A DNA stretch of 64,000 nt, from positions 71,360 through 135,359 of the forward strand of contig JAZRBV010000026.1 in assembly GCA_045635225.1 (NCBI GenBank), in the 5' to 3' direction. Made by a program: the position numbers and the translations under genes. The notes under the pieces are model-generated. The model was not told the origin of the DNA. It searched no databases and saw nothing but the letters and a program-made list of their open reading frames with translations. Shown one piece after another: positions 21,485 to 31,181 of the stretch; the stretch's first letter is position 1, and every line of letters begins with the position of its first letter. This stretch comes from Eubacteriales bacterium. GTDB taxonomy: Bacteria > Bacillota > Clostridia > Oscillospirales > CAG-272.

Positions 21485-22174
21485 ATGTTACTTAAAATCA
21501 TTCTTGAAGTTTTACTTTGCGCCATCGTGGTGGTCGGTGCAGTGCTCGGCGTTAAGCGCGGATTTGTCAGCATCGCGGCAAAACCCGTCAAGATCATTGC
21601 GGCTATCGCTATCGCAGTCTCTCTCTACGGAACTATCTCTACTGCGATCGTTTTTCCTCTTATTGAGGCTCCCGTTACTAGCTATATCTCCGAGTTTCTC
21701 TATGAAAACTGTGCTTCTATAACGGCAGAGAACGTTACCGAAGAGCTTCCCACTCTCCTTAAGATGGCAGCGGGTCTTGCAAACGTTGACGTTGAGACGG
21801 TTGCTAACAATGCAGGTTCCGCAGTTCTCGATGCAATTGTAGAGCATCTCACGGCACCTGTACTTAACGTTATCTCAGGTCTTATATCTTTTGTTCTTGT
21901 TTACTTCGTTGCAAGCATCGCTCTTTCCATCGCTCTCTGGTTCCTTAACTTACTTTTCAAGGATGGCGTTCTCGGTGCACTCAACAAGCTTCTCGGCTTC
22001 GTATTCGGTACCTCTCTCTTCCTCATCATCTCGTGGGGTCTTGCGGTAGTTATCGATATCGTGTTCCATCTCCCCGCTTTTGAGTCTAATGAGATGATCT
22101 CCACGTTTGAGGGAGGTTGGATCTACAGATTCTTCAACACCTACAATCCCATCGAGCTTCTGCTCAGCTTCTAA
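21485..22174 (+). CDS. CvpA-family membrane protein
   Basis: 229 aa, multi-pass. The N-terminus (...GAVLGVKRGFV...) is typical of the colicin V production protein family. Confidence 0.65.
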   Translation: MLLKIILEVLLCAIVVVGAVLGVKRGFVSIAAKPVKIIAAIAIAVSLYGTISTAIVFPLIEAPVTSYISEFLYENCASITAENVTEELPTLLKMAAGLANVDVETVANNAGSAVLDAIVEHLTAPVLNVISGLISFVLVYFVASIALSIALWFLNLLFKDGVLGALNKLLGFVFGTSLFLIISWGLAVVIDIVFHLPAFESNEMISTFEGGWIYRFFNTYNPIELLLSF

Positions 22175-22219
22175 TAGCTACATTTATATTTATAATAGCA
22201 ATTTTCAAGGAATTTTTAA

Positions 22220-24508
22220 ATGAAACTTCAGATTTGCGCTAAATGCAAAAAAAGGCCGGCGGTTGTCTTTATCACAAAGCTTGAGAACGGTAACTCGGTT
22301 AACGAGGGACTGTGCCTTCCTTGTGCTTCCGAGCTCGGAATTCATCCGGTAAACGATATGCTTCGGAAAATGGGTATTGACGACGAGGCAATACAGAATA
22401 TGTCCGCTGAGATCGACGGTCTTATGGAATCGGGCCTCGTCGAAAGTGACGATGCCGAGAGCGGCAAGGTTCCTACCTTGAATCTCGGAGAGATCTTCGG
22501 TATGCAGTCGCGTCCTCAGCCAAAAGGGGAGGGGAAGAAAACGTCCTCAGATCCTTCTAAAAAGGATGCGGTGGCAAAGAAACTTCTCAGCACCTATTGC
22601 ACTAATCTCAACGAGAAGGCTGCGAGCGGTAATATCGACCGTATCGTAGGCCGCGATCGTGAGATCGACCGTATCATTCAGATACTCTGCCGTAGGCAAA
22701 AGAATAATCCCTGCCTTATCGGTGAGCCCGGCGTAGGTAAAACCGCCATCGTCGAGGAACTCGCCGTCCGTATAGTAGAGAATCGTGTCCCGGAGGTGCT
22801 CGCGGGGTTCGAGATATGGATGCTCGATCTCACGGCTCTCGTTGCGGGTACCCAGTTCAGAGGTCAGTTTGAATCGCGCATTCTCGGTCTCCTCAAGGAG
22901 ATCAAGGCACTTGGAAATATCATACTTATGATAGACGAGGTGCATAATATTGCGGGTGCTGGTGAGACCTCTGACGGCAGTATGAGCGCCGCCAATCTAC
23001 TCAAGCCCGCACTTTCGAGAGGCGAAATACGCGTCATAGGTGCTACCACTCTTAAAGAATACAGAAAATGTATAGAGAAGGATTCGGCGCTTGAACGCAG
23101 ATTTCAGCCTGTGAAGGTCGAGGAGCCCTCGGTCGATGATACCGTTGATATCATTCGGGGTATAAAGAAGTACTACGAGGGATTCCACGGCGTCGAAATA
23201 TCCGATGAGGTCGCTCGTTTTGCCGCGACTCTCTCCGAGCGATATATTACCGACCGTTTTCTGCCGGATAAGGCTATTGATCTTATAGACGAAGCCGCGG
23301 CAAGAGCAGCACTCTCCTGTCATGAACTCAACGAATTCAAGAAAAATGAAAAGAAGCTTGCCGATATCGACACAAGAAGTGCCGCTCTGCAGGCGAAAAC
23401 CGAGACTCCCGAGGGACAGACGGAGGAAAATTACAAGCTTATCGCCGACCTTAAGGTGGAGAAGCTTCGACTCGAGGAGCGTCAGGAGGAGATCCAGCCT
23501 ACCGTGAGGTCTCTTCGTGTTACAACGCAGGATCTGCTCAAGGTTATCGAAATCTGGACGGGTATTCCGGCGGCAGAGCTCAGCGTCGGAGAGATAGGTG
23601 AGCTCAACGGTCTGCACGAGAGAATATCCCGTGAGATAATAGGACAGGACGAGGCGGTCAATGCCGTTGTCCGTGCTATTAAGCGTAAGCGCGCAGGTGT
23701 CTCTTACAGACAGAACCCTGTTTCTATGATATTTGCAGGTCCTACCGGTGTCGGTAAGACCGAGCTTGTCAAGGTGCTTGCCAGGGATCTGTTTAAGCAG
23801 CCGGAGTCTCTTATCAGGCTCGATATGTCGGAATTTATGGAAAAGCACTCGGTATCACGTATCGTAGGAGCTCCTCCCGGATACGTCGGATACGACGAGG
23901 CGGGTCAGCTGACCGAGAAGATAAGACGCAGACCTTATTCCGTCATACTCTTTGACGAGATAGAAAAGGCGCACCCCGATGTATTGAATATACTTCTACA
24001 GGTCCTCGATGACGGTAAGATAACCGACGCGCAGGGCAGAGAGGTAAATTTTGAAAACACGGTCATCATTATGACCACGAACGCAGGAAGCAACACATCC
24101 TCATCAATCTCGGGCTTTGCTGAGAGACGTGAGCTCGTTGCCAAGGAAAAAACCGAACGTGCACTGTCCGATTTTCTCCGTCCGGAGTTCATTAACCGTA
24201 TCGATGAGATCATCACCTTCCGCCATCTTGATAAGAATGATTTCGGTCGCATCGCCGACATTATGCTGCATAAGCTTAGAGATCATCTGATGGATAGCGG
24301 TATTAAGCTATTCTACGACGACTCGGTAATTGCTTTCATCGCCGAGAATTCCTACTCCGAGAAGTACGGAGCCAGAAATATGCGTCGCTTTATAGAGACA
24401 CACGTTGAGGATAAGCTTGCGGAATTGATCATAGGCGGATACGAAAGTGAAATTAGCGGTATTTCTCTTACTGTAAAAAATGATGAAATATCGGTCGACT
24501 CAATCTGA
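22220..24508 (+). CDS. Clp/Hsp100-family AAA+ ATPase with two nucleotide-binding domains and an N-terminal CxxC...CxxC zinc-ribbon-like segment
   Basis: Walker A motifs GEPGVGKTA and GPTGVGKTE, an RFQPV sensor region, and GARNMRR. The N-terminus CAKCKK...CLPCA takes the place of a Clp_N repeat. Confidence 0.88.
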   Translation: MKLQICAKCKKRPAVVFITKLENGNSVNEGLCLPCASELGIHPVNDMLRKMGIDDEAIQNMSAEIDGLMESGLVESDDAESGKVPTLNLGEIFGMQSRPQPKGEGKKTSSDPSKKDAVAKKLLSTYCTNLNEKAASGNIDRIVGRDREIDRIIQILCRRQKNNPCLIGEPGVGKTAIVEELAVRIVENRVPEVLAGFEIWMLDLTALVAGTQFRGQFESRILGLLKEIKALGNIILMIDEVHNIAGAGETSDGSMSAANLLKPALSRGEIRVIGATTLKEYRKCIEKDSALERRFQPVKVEEPSVDDTVDIIRGIKKYYEGFHGVEISDEVARFAATLSERYITDRFLPDKAIDLIDEAAARAALSCHELNEFKKNEKKLADIDTRSAALQAKTETPEGQTEENYKLIADLKVEKLRLEERQEEIQPTVRSLRVTTQDLLKVIEIWTGIPAAELSVGEIGELNGLHERISREIIGQDEAVNAVVRAIKRKRAGVSYRQNPVSMIFAGPTGVGKTELVKVLARDLFKQPESLIRLDMSEFMEKHSVSRIVGAPPGYVGYDEAGQLTEKIRRRPYSVILFDEIEKAHPDVLNILLQVLDDGKITDAQGREVNFENTVIIMTTNAGSNTSSSISGFAERRELVAKEKTERALSDFLRPEFINRIDEIITFRHLDKNDFGRIADIMLHKLRDHLMDSGIKLFYDDSVIAFIAENSYSEKYGARNMRRFIETHVEDKLAELIIGGYESEISGISLTVKNDEISVDSI

Positions 24509-24531
24509 TATAGCATAAAGGAGATATAAAA

Positions 24532-25356
24532 ATGGCAGAATGTACACATGATTGCTCGACCTGTTCGCAGAAGTGCTCAAAGGAATCGCTTCTCGCACCT
24601 GCAAACAAGGCAAGCAACGTAAAGCACGTTATCGGTGTCGTGAGCGGTAAGGGCGGAGTAGGTAAGTCCCTCGTAACCTCTATGCTCGCGGTAACCATGC
24701 AGAGACGCGGATATAAGACCGCGATACTCGACGCGGATATTACAGGTCCCTCTATTCCTAAGTCCTTCGGTCTTCATACCGGTTGTATCGAGGGCAGTGA
24801 CCTCGGTATGTTCCCCGCGTTGACCAAGACCGGCATCGAGGTTATGAGTGTTAACCTTCTAGTCGAGGAGGAGAATAAGCCTGTAGTCTGGCGCGGACCC
24901 GTTATCGCGGGAACCGTAAAGCAGTTTTGGACCGACGTAGTTTGGAACGAGGTGGACTATATGTTCGTCGATATGCCTCCCGGAACCGGAGACGTTCCGC
25001 TCACCGTATTCCAGAGCCTTCCTCTTGACGGAATCATCATCATCAGTAGTCCTCAGGAGCTCGTTTCTCTCATAGTTGAGAAGGCGGTCAATATGGCTAA
25101 GATGATGGATATCAACGTTCTCGGTCTTGTCGAGAATTACAGCTATATCGTATGCCCTGATTGCGGTAAGGTGATTCGCCCATACGGTGAGAGTGGTATA
25201 GACGCACTTGCGTCGGGATATGGCACCGAGGTTCTCGCGAAGCTTCCTATTGATCCGGAGCTTGCTTCCCTTTGTGATAAGGGCGTTATCGAGCTCTTCG
25301 AGGGCGATTATCTCGAGAGAGCCGCAGATGTTCTTGAAAAGAAAATGAATAAGTAA
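24532..25356 (+). CDS. Mrp/ApbC/NBP35-family iron-sulfur cluster carrier ATPase
   Basis: Deviant Walker A (SGKGGVGKS), a CPDCG CxxC motif, and a Cys-rich N-terminus. Confidence 0.85.
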   Translation: MAECTHDCSTCSQKCSKESLLAPANKASNVKHVIGVVSGKGGVGKSLVTSMLAVTMQRRGYKTAILDADITGPSIPKSFGLHTGCIEGSDLGMFPALTKTGIEVMSVNLLVEEENKPVVWRGPVIAGTVKQFWTDVVWNEVDYMFVDMPPGTGDVPLTVFQSLPLDGIIIISSPQELVSLIVEKAVNMAKMMDINVLGLVENYSYIVCPDCGKVIRPYGESGIDALASGYGTEVLAKLPIDPELASLCDKGVIELFEGDYLERAADVLEKKMNK

Positions 25357-25475
25357 TACCGACAGGCAGACCTTGCGATAGAAATTGCGTGAGGTCTGCT
25401 TTATTTTTGACACGGGTACCGTTTGTGACATTTTACGCGCTACGGCTATGCTAGAATATACGTAACGGAGGTGAT

Positions 25476-26348
25476 GTGTTGCAGACGCTATATATTGACG
25501 TATATTTTTTAATAAATCTGACTGTTGATCTGTTGGCAATATATTTTGCGCTGATGCTGTCCGGCGTCCGTTCCACACGCTCGAGACTGACGGGAGCGGC
25601 GTTTGCGGGAGCACTTTCCGCTGTTCTCGCTATATTAATTGCAGAAAACGCGCTTATGAAGCTCGTTTTCGCTATGCTCGGGCTTACCGTGATAGGATAT
25701 ATCGCCCCGATGCATGCAACGCCTCGCAGAAGGATACGCTTTGTTTTTTCCTTTATAATATTCTCTGCGCTTCTCGGCGCAGCGGTGACTTTCTTATGGG
25801 ATCTTTTTGATAGTGTTATAGACGATTCGCTACTCGCCACATCTCACGGGGCGGTTAACAGGCGCTTTTTACTTTTCGCACTTGCGATATTAGTTTCGAT
25901 TGGAGTATTTAAAATGATAATTTCCTTTTTTACGGATAGTATAGGTGCCGGCAAGGTGACACTCGAGCTGTCGCTTATGGATAAGCACGTCACCCTTGAC
26001 GCGTTGATAGATAGTGGCAACCTGGCCGTCGATCCGATGGATATGCTACCCGTGCTTATTCTAAAACCGCGCGCCGCTGAGGGATTGCTACCGCATTATG
26101 TCGTCGATCTCTGCGACCCTGACCTATTGCCTCGCGATATGCGCAAAAGAATACGGCTCATACCCATTTCGCGCGACGGTAAAACACATGTGCTGACAGG
26201 TGTGAAAATAGATAGCGTCAGAGCCGTTAGCGGAGGCGTATATGAGGATGTTGCGGTTACGGTGGCAATTGATAAAGAGGGAGGTGACTTCGGCGGCTAC
26301 GAGGCGTTGATGCCTTCTGCTGCGCTGTGTCATGTTGGGAAAAATTAA
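25476..26348 (+). CDS. spoIIGA: Sigma-E processing aspartic protease SpoIIGA
   Basis: Five N-terminal TM segments, a DSGN catalytic motif (LIDSGNLAVDP), and position immediately upstream of and overlapping sigE. Confidence 0.9.
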   Translation: MLQTLYIDVYFLINLTVDLLAIYFALMLSGVRSTRSRLTGAAFAGALSAVLAILIAENALMKLVFAMLGLTVIGYIAPMHATPRRRIRFVFSFIIFSALLGAAVTFLWDLFDSVIDDSLLATSHGAVNRRFLLFALAILVSIGVFKMIISFFTDSIGAGKVTLELSLMDKHVTLDALIDSGNLAVDPMDMLPVLILKPRAAEGLLPHYVVDLCDPDLLPRDMRKRIRLIPISRDGKTHVLTGVKIDSVRAVSGGVYEDVAVTVAIDKEGGDFGGYEALMPSAALCHVGKN

Positions 26349-27042
26349 TGGTCTGTATGAAAGGATGAGACTTTGGATATACTCAAAGCTTTTTCCGAAT
26401 AAGGTCTACTATATAAACGGCACGGATGCATTACCTCCGCCACTCGCTCAGGATGTGGAGGACGAGATGATATCCAACATTTCCGAGCCGTATGCCAAGG
26501 ATATGTTGATAGAGCATAACCTTCGCCTCGTCGCATATATAGCAAAGAGGTTTGAAAATACCGGTGCAAACATAGAGGAATTGATCTCGATCGGTACTGT
26601 AGGACTTATGAAAGCTGTCTCCACGTTTAATAAGGACAAAAATATTAAGCTCGCGACTTACGCATCGCGCTGTATCGAAAATGAGATACTTATGTATATC
26701 AGAAAAACTGCGAGTCAAAAGCGTGAGATATCTATAGACGAGCCACTGAAGGTGGATTGGGACGGAAACGAGTTGCTGCTCTCGGATATTCTCGGAAGCG
26801 AGGCGGATACCGTTTCAAAGAGCATGGAGGATGATGAGGAGCGCAGGATACTGCGTGAGGCGGTTGCAACTCTTTCACCACGAGAGCAGGTGATCATAGA
26901 TATGCGATTCGGTCTTTCCGGCTCGCGGGAGCTTACCCAAAAGGAGGTCGCGGACTCTCTAGGTATCTCGCAGAGCTATATTTCGCGCCTTGAAAAGAAG
27001 ATTATGACCTATTTACGCAAAAAAATAGAAGAAAAAATATAA
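26332..27042 (+). CDS. sigE: Sporulation sigma factor E (pro-sigma-E)
   Basis: YYINGTDALPPPL...IEHNLRLVAYIAKRFENTG...LISIGTVGLMKAV..F...K.IKLATYASRCIENEILMY closely parallels Bacillus SigE. Confidence 0.93.
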   Translation: MLGKINGLYERMRLWIYSKLFPNKVYYINGTDALPPPLAQDVEDEMISNISEPYAKDMLIEHNLRLVAYIAKRFENTGANIEELISIGTVGLMKAVSTFNKDKNIKLATYASRCIENEILMYIRKTASQKREISIDEPLKVDWDGNELLLSDILGSEADTVSKSMEDDEERRILREAVATLSPREQVIIDMRFGLSGSRELTQKEVADSLGISQSYISRLEKKIMTYLRKKIEEKI

Positions 27043-27060
27043 ATTTTTATAAAAAAGGTA

Positions 27061-27089
27061 TTGCAAAACTGAAAATTATATGTTATAAT
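27061..27089 (+). promoter_or_regulatory. Sigma-A type promoter upstream of rpmE
   Basis: TTGCAA, a 17-nt spacer, then TATAAT, with TG upstream of the -10. Confidence 0.6.
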
Positions 27090-27129
27090 AGGGCGTAATA
27101 AAAATGATTAAATGTTAAGAGGTGTTAAA

Positions 27130-27339
27130 ATGAAGGCAGGATTACATCCCGAATACAAGGTTGCTACCATCAAGTGTGCTTGTGGCGAGACTGTCGAGAC
27201 TCACTCCGTTAAGGGTGATCTCAACGTTGAAATCTGCTCCAAGTGCCATCCTTTCTATACAGGTAAGCAGAAGTTTGTTGACGCTGGCGGACGTCTTGAT
27301 AAGTTCAAGAAGCGTCTCGCAATGGTTAACAACAAGTAA
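27130..27339 (+). CDS. rpmE: 50S ribosomal protein L31
   Basis: [10 protein letters not shown]....C.CG......S......[25 protein letters not shown]. Confidence 0.95.
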   Translation: MKAGLHPEYKVATIKCACGETVETHSVKGDLNVEICSKCHPFYTGKQKFVDAGGRLDKFKKRLAMVNNK

Positions 27340-27351
27340 TCATTGTATCAT

Positions 27352-27392
27352 AAAAGAGCGTCGGATTTTATCCCTCGCTCTTTTATTCTTTT
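27352..27392 (+). terminator. Rho-independent terminator after rpmE
   Basis: Stem AAAAGAGCG / CGCTCTTTT followed by a T-rich run. Confidence 0.7.
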
Positions 27393-27419
27393 ATATTGAA
27401 ATTGAAGGAAGGTTCGATT

Positions 27420-28679
27420 ATGGAAAGCGATACTGTACAGAGTCTTGCCATACTCGTTGGAATTGCCGAGCGTGGATCCGAGGTCGAGGAATGCGAGCGC
27501 TCGCTCGACGAGCTGGCGCGTTTGCTTGATACGGCGGGCGGATCAGAGTATGCGAGAATAATACAGGTGAAGGAATCCTTCGATCCCAGGACCTGCATTG
27601 GTAGTGGTAAGGTAAAGGAGATATCCGAGCTTTGCCGTGACGGTGGAATAGAGCTCGTTATATTCGATTTTGAGTTGACTCCTGCTCAGATTCGTAACCT
27701 CGAGGGAGATATTGGGGGCGAGGTCAGCGTCCTCGACCGCAGCATGCTGATACTTGATATATTTGCGTTGCATGCGGTTAGCGGCGAGGGCAAGCTACAG
27801 GTAGAGCTTGCCCAGCTTAAGTATTCCGCACCTCGACTTATGGGAAAGGGAAAGGATCTCTCCCGTCTCGGCGGCGGTATAGGCACGCGCGGACCCGGAG
27901 AATCCAAGCTCGAGAGCGACCGTCGACACCTGAAGGAGAAGGTCGTAGCTCTTGAGCGAAGACTTGCAGAGCTTGAGCACAACCGTTCTGTTATGCGCTC
28001 TCAAAGAGACAAGAGCGGATTGCCGAAGATAGCTATCGTAGGATATACTAACGCGGGAAAATCAACGCTCTTAAATTATTTGACCGGTGCCGGCGTGCTA
28101 TCCGAGGACAAGCTTTTTGCTACACTTGATCCCACGACGAGAAAGCTGGAGCTTCCATCCGGTGAGATGGTGCTTCTCACCGATACCGTAGGATTTATCA
28201 GAAAGCTGCCGCACCATCTGGTCAATGCATTTAAATCGACTCTCGACGAGGTAGTATACGCAGATATGCTCTTGATCGTGTCCGATATCACCGACCCGGA
28301 GGTGCCGGAGCACCTCGAGGTCACAAAACAGGTCATCGAGGAGCTCGGTGCTTCCGGTAAACCCGTGATCTACGTCTACAATAAATGCGATAGGGCAGAG
28401 GAGCATCTCGACGTAGGCGACAGCGATGATACGGTCATCGTTTCCGGTCTCACCGGTGAGGGAGTAGACAGACTGCTTGCACTCATTGAAAAATATATCC
28501 ATTCTTTCAAGAAAAAATACACGCTTCTTATCCCTTATTCCGCTCAGTCGACTGTCAGCACTCTATATAACGTATATAGCGTACAGAGTGTGGATTACCG
28601 TGACGACGGTATTCTCGTCGAGGTCATACTTGACGAGCGCGGTAGTGGACTGTACGGAAAATACGTGATAGGCTCTTGA
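27420..28679 (+). CDS. hflX: GTPase HflX
   Basis: HflX N-domain, then a G-domain (GYTNAGKST, DTVGF, NKCD). ATG at 27420 follows GAAGGAAGG. Confidence 0.92.
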   Translation: MESDTVQSLAILVGIAERGSEVEECERSLDELARLLDTAGGSEYARIIQVKESFDPRTCIGSGKVKEISELCRDGGIELVIFDFELTPAQIRNLEGDIGGEVSVLDRSMLILDIFALHAVSGEGKLQVELAQLKYSAPRLMGKGKDLSRLGGGIGTRGPGESKLESDRRHLKEKVVALERRLAELEHNRSVMRSQRDKSGLPKIAIVGYTNAGKSTLLNYLTGAGVLSEDKLFATLDPTTRKLELPSGEMVLLTDTVGFIRKLPHHLVNAFKSTLDEVVYADMLLIVSDITDPEVPEHLEVTKQVIEELGASGKPVIYVYNKCDRAEEHLDVGDSDDTVIVSGLTGEGVDRLLALIEKYIHSFKKKYTLLIPYSAQSTVSTLYNVYSVQSVDYRDDGILVEVILDERGSGLYGKYVIGS

Positions 28680-28684
28680 GGTGA

Positions 28685-29305
28685 ATGATGGAAAGCTATA
28701 TCACCATTAAACAATATGGTACTCACGAATACGAGGACAGGAAATCGGTTTTTATAGGCGAGGCTATGCCGGTTTCAACAGAGCAGGATGCGCTTCGCTT
28801 TATAGAATCCGTTAAGAAACGTTATCCCGATGCGCGTCATCACGTATACGCATATGTTTTGCGCGATAACTCAATTATGCGTTTCAGTGATGACCATGAG
28901 CCTCAGGGCACAGCGGGTATGCCGGTGCTTGACGCAATACGCAAGCGAGGCTGTACCGATGCGGTCATCGTGGTGACGAGATATTTTGGCGGTACTCTTC
29001 TCGGTACAGGAGGTCTTGTTCGTGCATACGGCGCGGCGGCGGTAGGTGCGCTTGAGGCAGGCGAGATCATCAGATACGATATCTATACAGAGCTGGCTAT
29101 TACGGTCAGCTATTCGGATCACGGCAGAATAATGACTGCGCTCGAGGAATGCGGATTCAGATTATCCGATACAGAGTATTCCGCCGACGTGGTAATGCTC
29201 GGAAAACTGCCGAAAACCGATTATAAAAGACTCGAGGATAAGCTCACCGAGCTCACATCCGGAAGAGTAAAAATTGAAATTTTGGGTGAAAAATTCGATT
29301 TTTGA
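28685..29305 (+). CDS. YigZ/IMPACT-family protein (UPF0029)
   Basis: ...YEDRKSVFIGEA.PV......FI...KK.Y.DARHHVYAY........FSDD.EP.GTAG.P.L is typical of YigZ. Confidence 0.8.
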   Translation: MMESYITIKQYGTHEYEDRKSVFIGEAMPVSTEQDALRFIESVKKRYPDARHHVYAYVLRDNSIMRFSDDHEPQGTAGMPVLDAIRKRGCTDAVIVVTRYFGGTLLGTGGLVRAYGAAAVGALEAGEIIRYDIYTELAITVSYSDHGRIMTALEECGFRLSDTEYSADVVMLGKLPKTDYKRLEDKLTELTSGRVKIEILGEKFDF

Positions 29306-29383
29306 CAATTTTTTCGCAGATCGAAAGTGTTTTTGCACTTTTATCCGTATATTATAGCGACAAACGGTTAAGGAGGAGGTAAT

Positions 29384-31153
29384 ATGATATCGAGAGAAAC
29401 AATCGAGCAGGTAATTATGCGTAATGACATAGAGACTGTTGTCGGTGCATACGTAACGCTTAAGCGCGCCGGCTCGAATCTCAAGGGACTCTGTCCATTC
29501 CATAGCGAGAAATCTCCGTCGTTTACCGTTTATCCGAATGATAACAGCTTTTACTGCTTCGGATGCGGAGCAGGCGGTGATGTTATCACGTTTATTAAGA
29601 AAAAAGAAAATCTCGATTATCCCGATGCCGTCGAATTTCTCGCCGACAGAGCGGGTATAACTATTGTCAGAGACGAGACGAGAAACGGGTATCGCAGTGA
29701 GCCGAAATTTGATAGGGCGAGAATGTTTAAAATGAACGCTGACGCTGCTAAGTACTTCCACAGATGCTTGTTTGCCGACACTCCCGACTCGCGCGCTGCA
29801 CTCGCATACTTCACCGAGTCACGTGGACTCTCGCACAGTGTTATCAAGCATTTCGGTCTTGGATTTGCACCTAACAGCTTTGACCAATTCTCCGGATATA
29901 TGCGCTCGCTTGGTTATAGCTATGACGAGCTCGTTGCAGGCTTTCTCTGCGGAAAAAGCGATAGAGGAACTTACTACGATGCCTTCAGAAACCGCGTTAT
30001 GTTCCCGATCATTGATGTTTCGGGTAACGTTATTGCCTTCGGCGGCAGAGTAATGGACGACTCGAAGCCTAAATACAAGAATTCTTCGGATACCCCGGTG
30101 TTTAAAAAATCACGTAATCTCTTTGCACTGAATTTCGCCCGTACTGCATGCGCGGAGACGCTTATTCTGTGTGAGGGATATATGGATGTTATCGCCATGC
30201 ATGCGGCGGGCTTCACCAACGCTGTTGCCACGCTTGGTACCGCAATCACCTCCGAGCAAGCTCGTATGATGAGTCGATATACGAAGAAGGTAGTTATTTC
30301 ATATGACGCCGACGAGGCAGGGCAGAAGGCGGCAGCACGCGCGATATCGATGCTAACCGAGGTCGGTCTCGACGTGACGATACTGAAGGTACCGGGAGCA
30401 AAAGACCCTGATGAGTATATCAAAACCTACGGTGCGGACAAGTTCAGAGACCTTTTGAACAACTCTAAAACGCGGTTTGAATATAATCTCGATAACGTGC
30501 TTTCCAAGTACGATATAAATCTCCCACAGGACAAGATTAAGGCTCTTGGAGAGATAGAAAAAATTATTTCCGCTATTTATTCCTCGGCAGAACGTGATAT
30601 TTACTCGAGAATAGTTGCACAGAAGTTTGAGGTTAATCAAGCCAGCATCAAGTCTGACGTTGATAAGATGATAGCTAAAGCAGCGACTGCAAGGAAAAAA
30701 GATTTTACAAATAAGGTAAAGCAGGATGCTATCGGTTACTCCGACCGTGTCAATCCCGATTTTATCAAAGCGCCGGCCGCAGCTAAAAACGAGGAGAGTG
30801 TGCTCGGACTCCTTCTACTTTATCCGGAGCACAGAAAGCAGGTGTTCGAGGGTGGACTCCTCGATCCCGACGATTTCATCACCGATTTGAATAAGCGCGT
30901 CTTTGAATATTTGAAAAAATCCTACACAGAGTCCGATGACACTCACACCGATATCAATGAGTGCTTCACGGAGGACGAGGTGGGAAGGATAACAAAAATG
31001 AAAATATCGAGAATGCAGCTTACGGATAACGGAAATGACGTTTTACTCGCCGTTATATCGTCATTGCAAAATTCCGTAAGAAAAAAGACGGCAGAAAAGA
31101 CCAATACGTATGAAGGACTTAACGCGCTCCTTTCCCGGAAGCGTAGCAATTAA
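29384..31153 (+). CDS. dnaG: DNA primase
   Basis: Zinc-ribbon (CPFHSEKSPSF.V......YCFGCGAGGDVI.F), a TOPRIM region (EGYMDVIA), and position upstream of rpoD. Confidence 0.95.
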   Translation: MISRETIEQVIMRNDIETVVGAYVTLKRAGSNLKGLCPFHSEKSPSFTVYPNDNSFYCFGCGAGGDVITFIKKKENLDYPDAVEFLADRAGITIVRDETRNGYRSEPKFDRARMFKMNADAAKYFHRCLFADTPDSRAALAYFTESRGLSHSVIKHFGLGFAPNSFDQFSGYMRSLGYSYDELVAGFLCGKSDRGTYYDAFRNRVMFPIIDVSGNVIAFGGRVMDDSKPKYKNSSDTPVFKKSRNLFALNFARTACAETLILCEGYMDVIAMHAAGFTNAVATLGTAITSEQARMMSRYTKKVVISYDADEAGQKAAARAISMLTEVGLDVTILKVPGAKDPDEYIKTYGADKFRDLLNNSKTRFEYNLDNVLSKYDINLPQDKIKALGEIEKIISAIYSSAERDIYSRIVAQKFEVNQASIKSDVDKMIAKAATARKKDFTNKVKQDAIGYSDRVNPDFIKAPAAAKNEESVLGLLLLYPEHRKQVFEGGLLDPDDFITDLNKRVFEYLKKSYTESDDTHTDINECFTEDEVGRITKMKISRMQLTDNGNDVLLAVISSLQNSVRKKTAEKTNTYEGLNALLSRKRSN

Positions 31154-31181
31154 GAACTAAAAAAAGGAAGGTTTGTTGAAA

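Noticed and set aside
22997-23848. 283-aa ORF antisense within the Clp ATPase gene
   Set aside because: It lies opposite a conserved AAA+ gene with clear Walker motifs. It is a shadow ORF.
24859-25614. 251-aa minus-strand ORF across mrp and the spoIIGA upstream region
   Set aside because: It is antisense to the Mrp ATPase gene and has no supporting signals.
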